Below are positions 47,811 through 60,030 of a stretch of 64,000 nt of DNA, piece after piece. The translations under genes were made by a program, and so were the position numbers. A model generated the notes under the pieces. It saw nothing but the letters and a program-made list of their open reading frames with translations, had not been told where the DNA came from and did no database searches. Within the stretch, counting starts at the first letter, position 1; every line of letters starts with the position of its first letter. This DNA is from Lama glama (Eukaryota): contig CM052841.1 in the NCBI GenBank assembly GCA_028534125.1, positions 65,348,001-65,412,000 on the forward strand, written 5' to 3'.

Positions 47811-50800
47811 CTGTAAAAGGAAAGGTATATCAAGGTCGACTTTTCATTCTTTCAAAAACGTCCGGAATCTTGACGCACAGAACCGGCCTCTCGGGCTGGT
47901 TCCACGTAAAGCTGAAGCCACACCGGGTCCTGCGAAAGCGGGTATTTTCTAGACGTTCAAGAATCTGGAAGGAGGGGACCTCTGTGATATTAGAGGGACG
48001 GGTGGGGTAACACTCCCTACTGTCTCCTTCCTCCCTGATAAATTGAAGCAGGCTACGTTTAGAATTTCCTTTATAGGAATCATCGCACTATTTCTCAATA
48101 AATCCTGAATACTAAATACATGGCTCTGCTTATTGACACACTCCCTTGACTTGGGCAGAAGATGACAAAACAGAAAACATTTTGGACTGTCCCTTTAATT
48201 TCATACTTAATACAAGAAAGGAGATGGCAAAGGACCCTTAACTGTGGGGGCGAACACCTGAGTGACAGTAAACAGGTGACCGACTACGTCGATGCACCGG
48301 CGCTCCCTCCTAATCTACCCGGAAGAGACTTCACTTCCTGTCTCTGACGAATCCGGGGCTCTGGGCACACGGCGGACACCAGAACTCAGGATTCACCCGG
48401 CAACAGAAACCATCGGGAACCAGAACAGAACAACCCACCCTGCCTAGCAGTGGCGTCTGGACAGCCTCCCGGTACCCCCTGCTCAGCAAGCCCGCAGCCC
48501 TCCACGTGGGAGGGCTCACAGCAGACTCAAGTTTTAGAGACCAAGGAAGGAACAGACGCTGCGGAAACACATCCCAGGGAGACAGGAACAAGGGAATGAG
48601 GTGCTCCGGGGGAGAAAAGCAGATCATAAAAAGATAAATGATTTTCTTGCATGTCTTTTTTTTTTTAATGTAATGGTAAATTAAAACTTGAGTGGCAACC
48701 TCCTCCGTGGGAGAAGACAACTCTCCCCGGGTCCCCTGAAGGTTACTCTGACAAAGCTCTGAATGAACACGCCACGTCTCCGGCAGCGACTCACCTGAAA
48801 CGTGTCACCGTGTCCCTCAACACCCCCAGCCCCCACCCCTCGCCCGGCTCCTTCTCCGTTGCTGGCTCCCAGCCCTGTGGGTACGTGAAGTCTTTTCACA
48901 GCAGGAAGAGTCACCCAGAGAAGGCGGTGTTCACCCCGAGAGGTAGGGGTTAGGGGGGAGACGTGCATGCTTTTACAGGAAAATCTATTTTTCATGTGGG
49001 AGAGAAATGTTACGGCTATTGGATTTGCCTCTTATTTAGGCCTGGAAATCTGAAGGGAGGTAAAAATCGTAGCCCCGTCCTGTCTTTTCCTTTGTCTTGC
49101 TGACTTGACTCTATCGTCCTTTTTTTTCTTAAGGAAAAAAAAGGTGGGGTGGGGAATACAAAAGTAAAAGAAATATAAGAACTTGGGGTCAAATCCTGAA
49201 GTCGGGAAAAAGAAAGGAAGGATGATGCCGTTCACAGCCCGGGATACACAGAATTACAGGCCGGAGAAAGGCGCGGATTCCTCAAGCGCCCGGGACGGCC
49301 GGCACCCCAGCCAGGGCATGGCTCGTGTGCTGCGGGTGTCCCCATGACAATGTTGGGGACCGCTGACCTTAGTGAACAGGAGCTGAGAATGAACTGAGTG
49401 ACAGTTTAAAAGGGTCTTCCTCTTCGTCTAAGAAGTCATTGCATCTGAGGAACAAAGCACATCTACTCTGCTGATTCGTGGTTCTATCAGCACATCTGAA
49501 CCACCCCACCTTACTAGAAGAGACAGATAAATAAATTCAAGGAACTGTCTTATGCCTGATCTAAGAAACACACATTTTGGTGAATCATTTACATTTTAAT
49601 AAACCAATGATGACTTTCATTGGAAATGCATTTAAAGGAGAAGTGAGGAAAACTTAAGAAGTTGGCAAATACAAAGCAGTCAAAAGGACGCAGAAACAAA
49701 GTTCTGAGCATTTAGAAGGAGGCGGCCACGGCCCAGGGCACCTGTCTCCTGCCCCTTCTGTTAAATTAAATTGTCAGGGTGAGTTCCAGGCCGCTGGGCG
49801 TAGAAGGGCAGGCGGCAATTTGCTGTGACGGCCCTGCTGCCGAGAGCCTCGCCTGCCTTCCCGAATCTTCCCAGTAATTTATCAGCCATCCCGGCGTCCT
49901 GCCACCTGGCTCGCAGGTTCTTAGGCACCAAACATACACACATTTCCCTCCCTCCACCTCCTGCCACCCTTTTAGGATATTTAGATGTGCACATTTTGGA
50001 TTTCCAAAATCATCAAGTCTGCCTCTTTCCATGGCACACTGTGTAATTAGTTATTAGATTTAATTATTTTGCATGAAGTCAAAGAAACCGTCTGCGTATA
50101 GATCCCCAACACGCTGCCCTGATTTCCGCAAACAGAAACCAGGAAGTGCAAGCTGAGGCAACGACGCAGCGATCGGCTTCTGATCATCACTCGGGTTCCC
50201 ACCTCGCCCACGAGGCAGCCAGTCAGGCCCAGGCACTCCAATGGGCGAACACTCAGCAGAGGAACTGGCGAGGCGGGACCCCTACAGAACCCTTCGCCCC
50301 TGAAGTGAGCGTTCCCACGCCGCCCTGCGCACGCAAGGCCCAAATCTCTCCCCTGCGGGGCTCCCCTGTCTTCACCTTCCTGAGCATCCCGTCCGAGCCC
50401 AGGTCCCTGCCTGCGCTGCGTTCTCGCCTGAAGGGGAACACGCTGCTGGCTTTCTCACGGATGCCGCTGGCTCTTCCTCCAGACGAGCCATCATAAAGGA
50501 TGACCGTCCTCTTCGCACCTGTGAAGCACACCCAGCTCACGAATGGTTCGCGTTGGTGCTAGTGATTGTTTCGCCTTGTTCAGTCTGTGGCTTACGCCTG
50601 AACCTGCCATCACAGAGAAAGGCTGCGAGAACACCGAGCGGCAGCGGCACGCCTGCTGCCGACTCTGGGTTGCACAGTCACCGTGTGACTTCACGACTGT
50701 GAGCGCCTGTTTCTCCAAGATCACGTGCAGGGAACGAGCACAGACCAACCAGAGGGCTGCTGACGGGAGGGACAGGGGAGGACGTGAACTTGCGGGTCTA

Positions 50801-52549
50801 GAGCAGGAGGAGGAGGCGCTGTGGGGTGAGAGGGCGTCTGCTGAGGGGCAGCGAGCACTTTCTACACGGGACGACCGCGCACCGCTCTGACAACGCCTTC
50901 CACGGTACGCGAGTTCCCAGGACGGAGGGAGAAGGGCTCCCAGGCCGTGAGAATGGGCTACACCAAGGGGTTTCATCTCAACCCCCCGGATTTCTGGAGC
51001 AAAGTGGCCTGATCCGGTGCCGGCCTAACTCAGAAGGGGCCACAGAGAGCAGCGTGAAGCAGCCTCCAGCCCCAGGGAACCCAGAAGCCAGCTGGGGGTG
51101 AAAAGTGACGGACGGATGGATCGACAAGAGACTTCTCTCACAAGGAAGGTAACGGACGCACGTCTTCCCCAAACAGATAAAAACCACCCTTTCAACCGAC
51201 GAACTGTATCAAGATGAGAGAGTTCAGCGAGAGGAACACCTAAACCTCCCTCCTGTTGGCGTTCTCACCAGAGCCCTCGGGAGTGGGCCCGTGCCTCCCC
51301 CAAGACAGCAGGGTGTGAAGCACATCTCCTGAGGAAGCCGCTCGGCAACCCTGAAAGAGTGCTGAGGGTGCCGGCAAGTCCGACTAGGGCGAGAGGGAGG
51401 GCCTGCGGGGTGGGGCGCGGGCGCTGCGGCCACGCCCCTGCTCTCCCAGTGGGTGGCCGGCCCTTAGTCCCGAGGCTCCCCTAGCCCAGGTCCGCGTGCC
51501 GGCGGCCTGGGCCCTTCGGTTCTGAGGGAGGAGACCACGCTTCTCCCAGCTCTGCTTCAGGGGGAAGGAGCCCTGTGGTTACGTGGGATGCTTTCCATAA
51601 AACACAGGCTGCGCACCAAGAAACGAGAGCCTCCCACAGAGCCAGGCTGGGTGCCGGCGTCACTGCGTGGCTTCTGAGATGCCCCCGAGTAGCTGTGGCC
51701 GCCTCGGTGCCCGGTGTGGGTCCACGCCCACCAGCCTGCCACACACGCGGCTTGCCCTGGCCTTCAAAGACACTCTGTGCATCACCGCACTCTATCTGAG
51801 CAGAAGAAAATCGTGAACGTACATTGGTGTGAAAACCTGCGTGCCTTTAGAAGCCCAGTTTTAGAAGCTTGTCATTTCAGGCGCTGGAGAGCTTATGGAA
51901 AACGCGACAAAAAAAATTCCTCTCTGAGGCCCTTTCATCCTAACCCACCCTGGCCAGGTGGAGCGCTGCTCTCTTGGCCTTTTCTGGGTGAGATCAGGGA
52001 GGCTCCAGGCTGCCGAGTCCACGATCCGGGCACAGTGGGGGCTCACACAAGATGGCAGGGGGAGCCTTGGCCCCAAACTGACGGGGCCTACCTCGACTGC
52101 TCCTAACAATTTCTTTCCTCGGTTTCTTTTCCTGGGGAAGGGGGAGCCAAGTGATGAATTAAGAGTACTATTTTTTTTCAAAGACACGTCAACTTTAAAG
52201 GTCCAAGGCGTTAATTAATGGCAAGAAACAAAACCTGTGAATAAAAAAGCTCTTCAGGAAGCTGGCGGTGAGGGCGGTGCACACACATTAGAGAAATGAA
52301 ATCCAGACCTCTGCCTTAAAGGAGAACGACGTGCAACAGGCCGCTCAGTGCGCGCACAACGCAGCGAAGGCTGTCACGTGCTGAAGCTGTGAAGGGTTTT
52401 AGTTTTTGCCACTGGCTATTCTGGGACTCATTTGGGGATCACAAGGGTTAATGGCTCTCCGTCAGCTTACAAGGCCCTTCCACTGTAGAAAGCGACAGAA
52501 AGTTAATTAGGTGAGATCAGCTGAAGCCGCGTTCAGGTTTCTGACTCAC

Positions 52550-52689
52550 TTGATTTTGTGAGAAGCCAACGAGTTGACATATTCTGCCTCTGAAGGAGCC
52601 AAAATGAGCAGGCTGCTCCCACGGCAGCCAATCCGGGCCGTTCTCCCAATCCGGTGGATGTATTCAGCAGGTGAAGCCGGAGCGTTGTA
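52550..52689 (-). CDS. DDX31: DDX31 coding exon with helicase motif VI
   Basis: Acceptor TTTTTAG|TAC and donor AA|GTGAGT, 140 nt. Translates [46 protein letters not shown], containing HRIGRTAR. Confidence 0.98.
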
Positions 52690-54206
52690 CTAAAAAGGGT
52701 AACAAGAATGAAGGCATTCGCAGATCAAGGGACTGCCATTAATTGGAAGTGCAACACCCCTCACCTGCCTCCAGGTAGCCCGAAAATTAAACCCGGGTGC
52801 TATGGTTACCCTAACACAATCACGAGGCGAAGTCTCTCAACCCCGAAACTCCTGGCTTCACTGGAAATAACAAGGCTCTGACGTGCGAATGTGAACAGTG
52901 GCCAAGTTTCAGAGACGAGGCATCTTCTCGTCCCAGTATCTCCCTGTTAATTTTACTTCTCCACAGGTCTCTTCATTTTCCCATTTGCATCTTTTCACGG
53001 AGGTGACTGCAAGGTGAAAACGCAGGCGGGCGGGGGGGCTGCTGCGGGACGACCACATGACCTTGGCCTACTTCCTCAGTAGACGAGCAGAGCGGGGGTG
53101 AGGCCACAGAGGACACTGGAGGTTCCCTCTGCTCCTGGGCCCTCAGGATCAGGTCCCTATCGCCCCAACGGAGCAGAGCTGCAGGGCAGCTGAGAGGCAG
53201 GCCCCATTCGTGCCTCCACTCCCACGGGCAGTATTCCTGACTCGGGAAAAGAGCAAACTTAAGAACTGAGAACAGGTGTTCTCTGTGGTGATCACGCCGC
53301 CATCATTAAGGCTAACTGACCAACTATTCACTCTTCCCTTTTTTTCTTTGTTGCTACATGAATCAATGATTAGAGGGCCAAGATCAGAGGGCCAGGCACA
53401 TTAAACTGACCGTTACCCACGACTCTAAGCCGGCTGTAAATGATCGATTTTGTGTGTCTGGCCTCCCGCACAATAAACCGATCCTTGCCTCCCTATTTTT
53501 AATTTGTGCCGCGGCCAGCAGGAAAGAGGACACAATGCCTCTAGTCGCAGAGTGATCATCTGCGAGAGCAGAGCAGACTTCCTAGCTAGTGACAGGCATG
53601 CAATCCCACTAAAATGTGAATAAACCATGACTCATGTAAACAGGGCACCTGCCCCCCGGCCCCCACACAGAAGGGCTTAAAAATACCAGTCCCGCAGACT
53701 AACGAAAAGAAAAAACAAAACTAAGGCCACTAGACTCCAGCGCTAACACCTCTACCCTCCGGCAAAGCATCTACGGCGAGAGGTCTGTGTAAGATGCTGT
53801 CAGGGACGTAATTGCCCCTGCAGGTCAACGTGCATGGTCACAGCTCTCAGGACAGCTGAGCCATCTCCTTCTGGACGCGACGAGGCCGCCCAGGGGCCCA
53901 GGTAGTTCCCGTTAGTTTCAGCTGGCCGAAACTTTGTGTGTGAACAGGCATCAGTCTGGGAGCAGGGGAGCCTGCCCCTCCCTCCCACGACTGCAGAATG
54001 GAGGTTGTACTGCAGCAATTAGGTGGGCTGGGTTGAGGCAAGATGTCAGAACTGTGCAGGTAAGACTGGTTGCTGCCTGGTTACCAGGGCAACACCCAAG
54101 AGGGTCATAATAATTGTCCTGCTTAAAGCCAATACAGCTACTCACAATCATATATACTCCTGCCTCAAGCTCATCCCTTAACCAAGAAAAAAGGAAAAAA
54201 AATTAC

Positions 54207-54257
54207 CTGAACAATCCACGTGACTTGAGGGAGATCCAAGCCCCGAGCGGCAACATC
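54207..54257 (-). CDS. DDX31: DDX31 coding exon with helicase motif V
   Basis: Acceptor TTTTGAAG|GAT and donor CAG|GTAATT, 51 nt. Translates DVAARGLDLPQVTWIVQ, containing ARGLD. Confidence 0.98.
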
Positions 54258-55019
54258 CTTCAAAACAGAAAAGAATATGGCTTAGGACTGAGCACCTCAA
54301 CCTTTCTTGGCTCACGGCTCTGAGGAGCTAATGCAAACCACGAGGGCTCAGCCCCCACTAACGTGCATGGACTTGTGTGCACACGTTTGCACACAACTTC
54401 AGGAACCCACTGAAGTCCATCTGTGGGTAAAAGTCCAATTTCGGGGCAAGTTCTACAGAACCTCCCAACCCACTTCCCCAAAAGAACAAAATCTGCACTT
54501 CAGCCCGAGAACTGCAGTAAGTCACCATCAGCTGTGCCATGGAAGAAGTCTGAACAGTCACGGCGTGTTTTCCATTTTATTTGAAAACCTACTTTACGGT
54601 GAACGCATTCACAGGTCACTGTCCCCAGCCCACTCTACCAGCCACACCTAACAACGACGTGCTTTGAGGTGGGCTTCTGAAGATCGCCCAAGGTGTTCCG
54701 TCGTGGAGGTGCGCTGCAAAGTTCTGAGGACTGGCTGATTAGCCTGAGAGAGCAGGAAGGAGCGAGGGGTGCCTCGCCTCTGCTGACAGCTGAGCCAGAA
54801 CGCAAGCCAAAGACTGAGCAATGCAGACCGGAAGTATAAAAGCACTGGAGGTACTTTTTTCTTTTCAGCTGGTCACTATCTATAGAACAGAGACTGCTGT
54901 CTGCTTTCTGGCCAGTCTGGCAGAGAGACCAGAAAATGGGGATTTTCCAGTCTTCAGCAATAAATGCACAGTTGACATTCACCTTCAAGTACAAGTCACG
55001 CCAAGAATCTACGCAGCCA

Positions 55020-55225
55020 AAGTGCACTGAGCACTCACTACGCACCAGATGCTGGGCAGAGCATTTCACCTGTGTTATCTTTTTTGAAATAACCCCTCAA
55101 ACAACTATTACTCCCATTTGACAGAGAAGAAACCAAGGTTCAGAGAGACTGAGTAACTTGCCCAGGGACACACAGCTAAGAAATAGAAATAGGTCTCAAA
55201 TCCAGGTCTGCTTTATTCCTCCAAG
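55020..55225 (-). mobile_element. MIR SINE
   Basis: CCCATTTGACAGAGAAGAAACCAAGGTTCAGAGAG..AGTAACTTGCCCAGGGACACACAGCTA is the reverse-complement MIR core. Confidence 0.75.
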
Positions 55226-55269
55226 ACTGTATTATATTACACTGCTCCACCATCAAAAAAGATGCTATG

Positions 55270-55800
55270 TCCCTCACACGCTGTTGGTGGGAATGCAAAA
55301 TACAGATCCCGAGGGTGTCGAATTTGGAAATATCCAGCAAAATCACACAGGCATTTGCCCTTTGACCCAGAGCGATCTCCCTTCTAGGAATCCATTCCAA
55401 AGAGACACTGGCAAAAATTTAAAATGACATATGCACAAGGCTATTCATTTCGGTACCATTTACAGTGTACGTCTGGCAAAAACCCCAACGTCTAGCAGGA
55501 GACCGGCTGAGTAACACAAGGCAATACTGACTCGGTAAAATCGAGTTCACACAGCTACCAAAGGAACGAAGACGGTCCGATGTACTGACATGGGGAAACA
55601 TCTAGGGTATATTTTGAGTGTGAAGAGTATGCTTATGTGTAAGAAATGGGGGAAATACAAACACAACTGCTCTTAGTTCAAAAAGAAATAATGGAGGGAA
55701 AAGCCCAAAGCCTCTAAAAATAGTGACCTACTGGGAAAAGAAGAGAATGGAGGGGAGGGGACAAGGACGGGAGGTGGACTTCCTTTAATGGACCTTTATC
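55270..55800 (+). mobile_element. Ancient L1M fragment (3' region)
   Basis: CTGTTGGTGGGAATGCAAAAT, CCTTTGACCCAG..CTTCTAGGAAT and ATGCACAAGG..ATTCATT are typical old L1 blocks. Boundaries approximate. Confidence 0.65.
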
Positions 55801-56309
55801 ATTCGGACCCTGGGACTGTGTCTTAGAACAACTAAAAAGATGACAGCTGTCACGTGACAGGAAGTCCCGAGTGCAGTATCGCCCATGACATATTCTTGCC
55901 AAAACAAAAACAAAACCCTTGAACTGGAATCTACACAAGTGTCCAGACCTGCTAGTGCAGAGGAGATACGGGGAGACAGGAGCAGGCTAACCACCACCGT
56001 GAGGACACAATTAGCCAAATCCGGACCGTGGGGCCTTCTAAGGGGCAAACGGTCGTTCTTCCACCAAAAAAATCCAGGGGAAAAAGAGAGTGACAAAAAG
56101 AAAAGACACGCGGTAGACGATGGATAAAAGGAAATGGACAGACGGATCGACAGATAAACTGAGAACCAACACCTGGAAGGAGGGTCACCGAAGCTGTCAA
56201 CTCTGGTTACCTCGAAGGAGGGACCTGGGGTGATTTCTGCTTTTCTCCCTTACGTTCTCCTGTGCTGTTTGCTTTGTTTTTCTCTTAACAATGAATGCAT
56301 ATTATTTTC

Positions 56310-57240
56310 CCCCAACTTTTTATTTAGAAAAATATGAATGTACAGAAAAGTGGGAAGGGTAGTATAATGAGCACTCGTACATCCGTCATGCGGACGCATC
56401 ACCCGCTGAACGTGGGCACGTCTGCTTTTGTTCTCTATACGCACAGGGTTTTCTCAACCATCGGAAAGTAAGCTGCAACTATTGTGACATTTTACCGCTA
56501 TACACTTTAGCACGTACCGCCTACATAAAAGGACTTTCTTCTACATAATCACGGCACCACTGCCACACCTAAGAAATTTACTGTTAGATAATCGTTTTTT
56601 CTAACAATACGTCCACATTCAAACTCGCCAGTTGTACCTAAGATGGTTTTTCTTTCCTAACTCAGGACTGAAGCACAGATCATGCATTCTACTTTCTTTT
56701 AATACCCCCCAGACATCCCTAACCTAGAGCAGACAGTATCCCGCCCTTAACACTGACTTTTTTTTGATAAGCACCATTTTTTGAAGAGTCCAGGTGTCTT
56801 GAGGAACAGCCCAGAAACTGGATTTTTCTAATTGTTTCCTCCTGGTAAAATTCAGGTGGAGAATTCTGGCAGAGACATCAGGGTGGGGGGTGCCTCCCAG
56901 CACGTGACACCAGGGGACACCGAGGGCGGTCTATCCTGCACTAGTGACACTATGCACTGTCACTGGAGCAGGCGGCCCCCATCATCTCTCTCTGTCGTGA
57001 AGGTACCTTTCTCCTTTGTGATTAACGAGTAAGCTAGGAATGAAACTTGGAGACTGTTTCCCAGAACCTTTGGCCCAGTGGTTTTAGCAGCCTCTGATGC
57101 TGCCTGTCTGTGTCCCAATGGCTACAGAATGGTGGCTTTCCAAGTCTCTCATTCCTTCCATTGTATAACTGGCATTCTTCTGTGAAGAACAGTTCCCCCC
57201 ACTCACTTTAATGTGTCACTGAGGATTTATATGTATTTAA
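56310..57240 (-). mobile_element. Ancient L1M (L1MC-like) 3' UTR fragment
   Basis: Starts with AACTTTTTATTTAGAAAAA..TACAGAAAAGT..TAGTATAATGA, typical of a reversed old L1 3' end. Subfamily uncertain. Confidence 0.5.
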
Positions 57241-58676
57241 GGTGTTTTTAAAAAAAATCCCACGCAAAGTTCTGCAAGAAGCACATTAAAACAATTGGTG
57301 CTTATCCTCCAGGGACGGAGGCAGAACCCGAGGCAGATGCTGTCCCCCATCGTCCACCTCACCCAGAAGGACCACTGCAGGCAGGTCGGGCTTTGTCTGC
57401 CTTCGCCCTGACTGAATCACACCCGGGACCCGCTGGTCTCCTTTGCCCGGTGGCTAGAGGCTTCATTTTTAAGTGTTAAGTGGAAGTTTCATGCACTAAA
57501 AGTGTGTCAACCACCCAGAAGCGCTTTCAGACAGCTCCCACGGGCCCTAAGAGCGGAAGGCTGACGTTCCAGAGCCGATGCTTTAGGAACACGATGTAGA
57601 ATGCTCTCTCAGGGAGCGGGAACCGCGTTCTCCGCTAACCACCGTCACTGTCTTCAGAGAAACTGACGGGTTCTTAAATCTGCTCAGCTCTTGTTAAGAA
57701 ATGATTTATTTTATTTAAGTGCTCTGCAGTGGGAGATGCATGAAGACAATGGGCTGTCTGAGCTTTACAGACAAGTTTGGTAAAAAATTTAATGCTCATC
57801 AGTTTAGTAAATTCAACTAAGAAACACCAAGAAAATGCTAAAACAGTATATGATGTTCATGAAACTCGCTCTGAGTACAAACACGCTGACATGGTAAGCC
57901 AGGGAGAATGGCAGCTGCCTCCCATTGGGACTGTTCAAGGTTCTCTTTCCCACTTGGGTGACTGAGCTCAGGACCCCTGGCTGAGACACCTTCCCGTCTC
58001 CATGACTCCTCGTGTCGGGGCGGGGAACCTCACCACAGCCAACCAGCCACAGCTCGGACTCAACCCAGCTGCTTCTGTAAGTGCCCCTGCCCAGTCCCGG
58101 CCGAGGCGGCTACGCTGAGGATGGGAGAGGAATCGTCTTCCTGGTGCAGGAACAGAGAGAACCAAGCTCCAGCATCACATCAGCACTGTCCAACCTGGGC
58201 AGGTCAGCTCAGCTCTCTGGGCCTCAGTGTGTCCACCTATAAAATAGCTGTAACTTACTTATCTCGCCAAGTTGCTGTGAAGATCAAAGGAGACAGCATG
58301 TGTGAAAAGTGTCTTGAGAATTACAAATCCGAGCGTTCCGATCCCTCATGAACCGGTACAGAAGCAGTGAGGCAGGGATTTAGAAGCCTCTCCCCTACCA
58401 CAGCCCACTCGCCCTGCAGGCCGAGGACCACGGAGAGGCCGGGGAGCGCTCCGTCATCGCAGACACTGCAGCCACGGCACCAGATCTACAGGAAACCGCA
58501 GCCTGTAGAAGACGCGGCAAAGCCTTCAGTTCTCTGCCCACTCTCAGAACTTAGATCCAACCCAACCACATCCCTTTAACCTAATTAGGACGAAAGAACC
58601 GCTAAAGTCAGTTCTGAAAGACACTCCACAGTGAGGCCTTGAGGGCCGTGGGCCTGACAATTGGCCGCCTCCATGA

Positions 58677-58808
58677 NNNNNNNNNNNNNNNNNNNNNNNN
58701 NNNNNNNNNNNNNNNNNNNNNNNNNNNNNNNNNNNNNNNNNNNNNNNNNNNNNNNNNNNNNNNNNNNNNNNNNNNNNNNNNNNNNNNNNNNNNNNNNNNN
58801 NNNNNNNN
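58677..58808. other. Assembly gap
   Basis: N-run. Confidence 0.99.
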
Positions 58809-59939
58809 GAGCAAGGGACGCAGCAAATGCGCCTCTGCCGCCTTCCCGGCCTGCCAGAAGTCATTACTGCCGTGTGTGGGCGGCCATCAGCGGGGCACAG
58901 GCCCCCGCCGGCCGGGTGACAGATTGGGTTGCGTGATCAGAGGAGGGAGGAGAGAGGGCAGAAGCTGTCAGAGGCGCGAGATCTTGGCTGGAGCCGCCAA
59001 AAACTGGCAACATGAGTTAGCGTAACCGGGTAAACAGCCAACAATCTCCAAATGATCTTGCCATGAACACGGATGAAATAAAAGTGGAAAAAGATAAACT
59101 TCGCCTAAAAACGCATACCCCTGGGAACACCAAGAAAGCTGACTCTTTCGGGTGGCGAGCTGCGTTTCTGTGACCCTCACAGCCTCACTCCTTTGTCTCC
59201 CAGCCTCCTGGCATGCTGCAAAGTCCCCGGGAGGAGAGGAAATTAAGAACCGCACAGACATAGCAGCGTGTTTCAAGCACAAAAAAAAAAAAAAAAAAGA
59301 GAGAGAGGTGGAGGGAAGTAGCACAGTGCGTCAGGTATCTTCCGAAAGAGCACGTGCTGGACAACCACAATACACTCCAACGCGCACTTGGCCGGCAGAC
59401 GCGGGGGGAGCCCACCGTGCCTCTCCTTGCTGGGGAAAGGCTCCTGCGCTCGTCTACCCGGGGACAACCAGGGAGGGCCATGCATCAGCCTGAAACCAGA
59501 GGGACCCTGGAAACAACATACTCCAGTCATGGAGCACGGTTTCTCTTTACCAACCTGTCAACGAAACGATGGTTTTAAAACCCTTTGGCTCGGGGTGAGT
59601 GCTTCACAAGCAGGAGGAAGTATTTTGTAGATAATCCAACCTCCTGTATCTGACGCTTTGGATTTCTTAATTCCATTTGGGAAAATGGGCTTTGAACCTG
59701 GCTGCTTCTTAGACCTAATTTTCTAGAGGACACAAAATTACATTTCAAATGTGTAAAGACTTCTCTTCACAAACTGGTCTCTCCTGCCCAACTGCCTTTT
59801 TACCTCTGCCCAGATCCATGACACCACGGTCTCACATTTACCGAGAACTCACAGTATACAGTCATGTAGCAGGTCCCAAAAGATTGCATGAAATTAAAAA
59901 GGTCTTTGCTTTTAAGATGTTTATAATTCAGATGAAAGG

Positions 59940-60030
59940 TATATGTATGTATGTGCATGACTGGGAGGGGTATAGTGCTGTGCACCAGAAACTGACACGT
60001 TGTAACTGATGGTACTTCAACTAAAAAAAA
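59940..60030 (+). mobile_element. Extremely 5'-truncated L1 3' end with perfect TSD
   Basis: TATATGTATG..TGCTGTGCACCAGAAACTGACAC..TGTAACTGA..ACTTCAA plus an A tail, flanked by AGATGAAAGG at 59930-59939 and 60031-60040. Confidence 0.75.
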
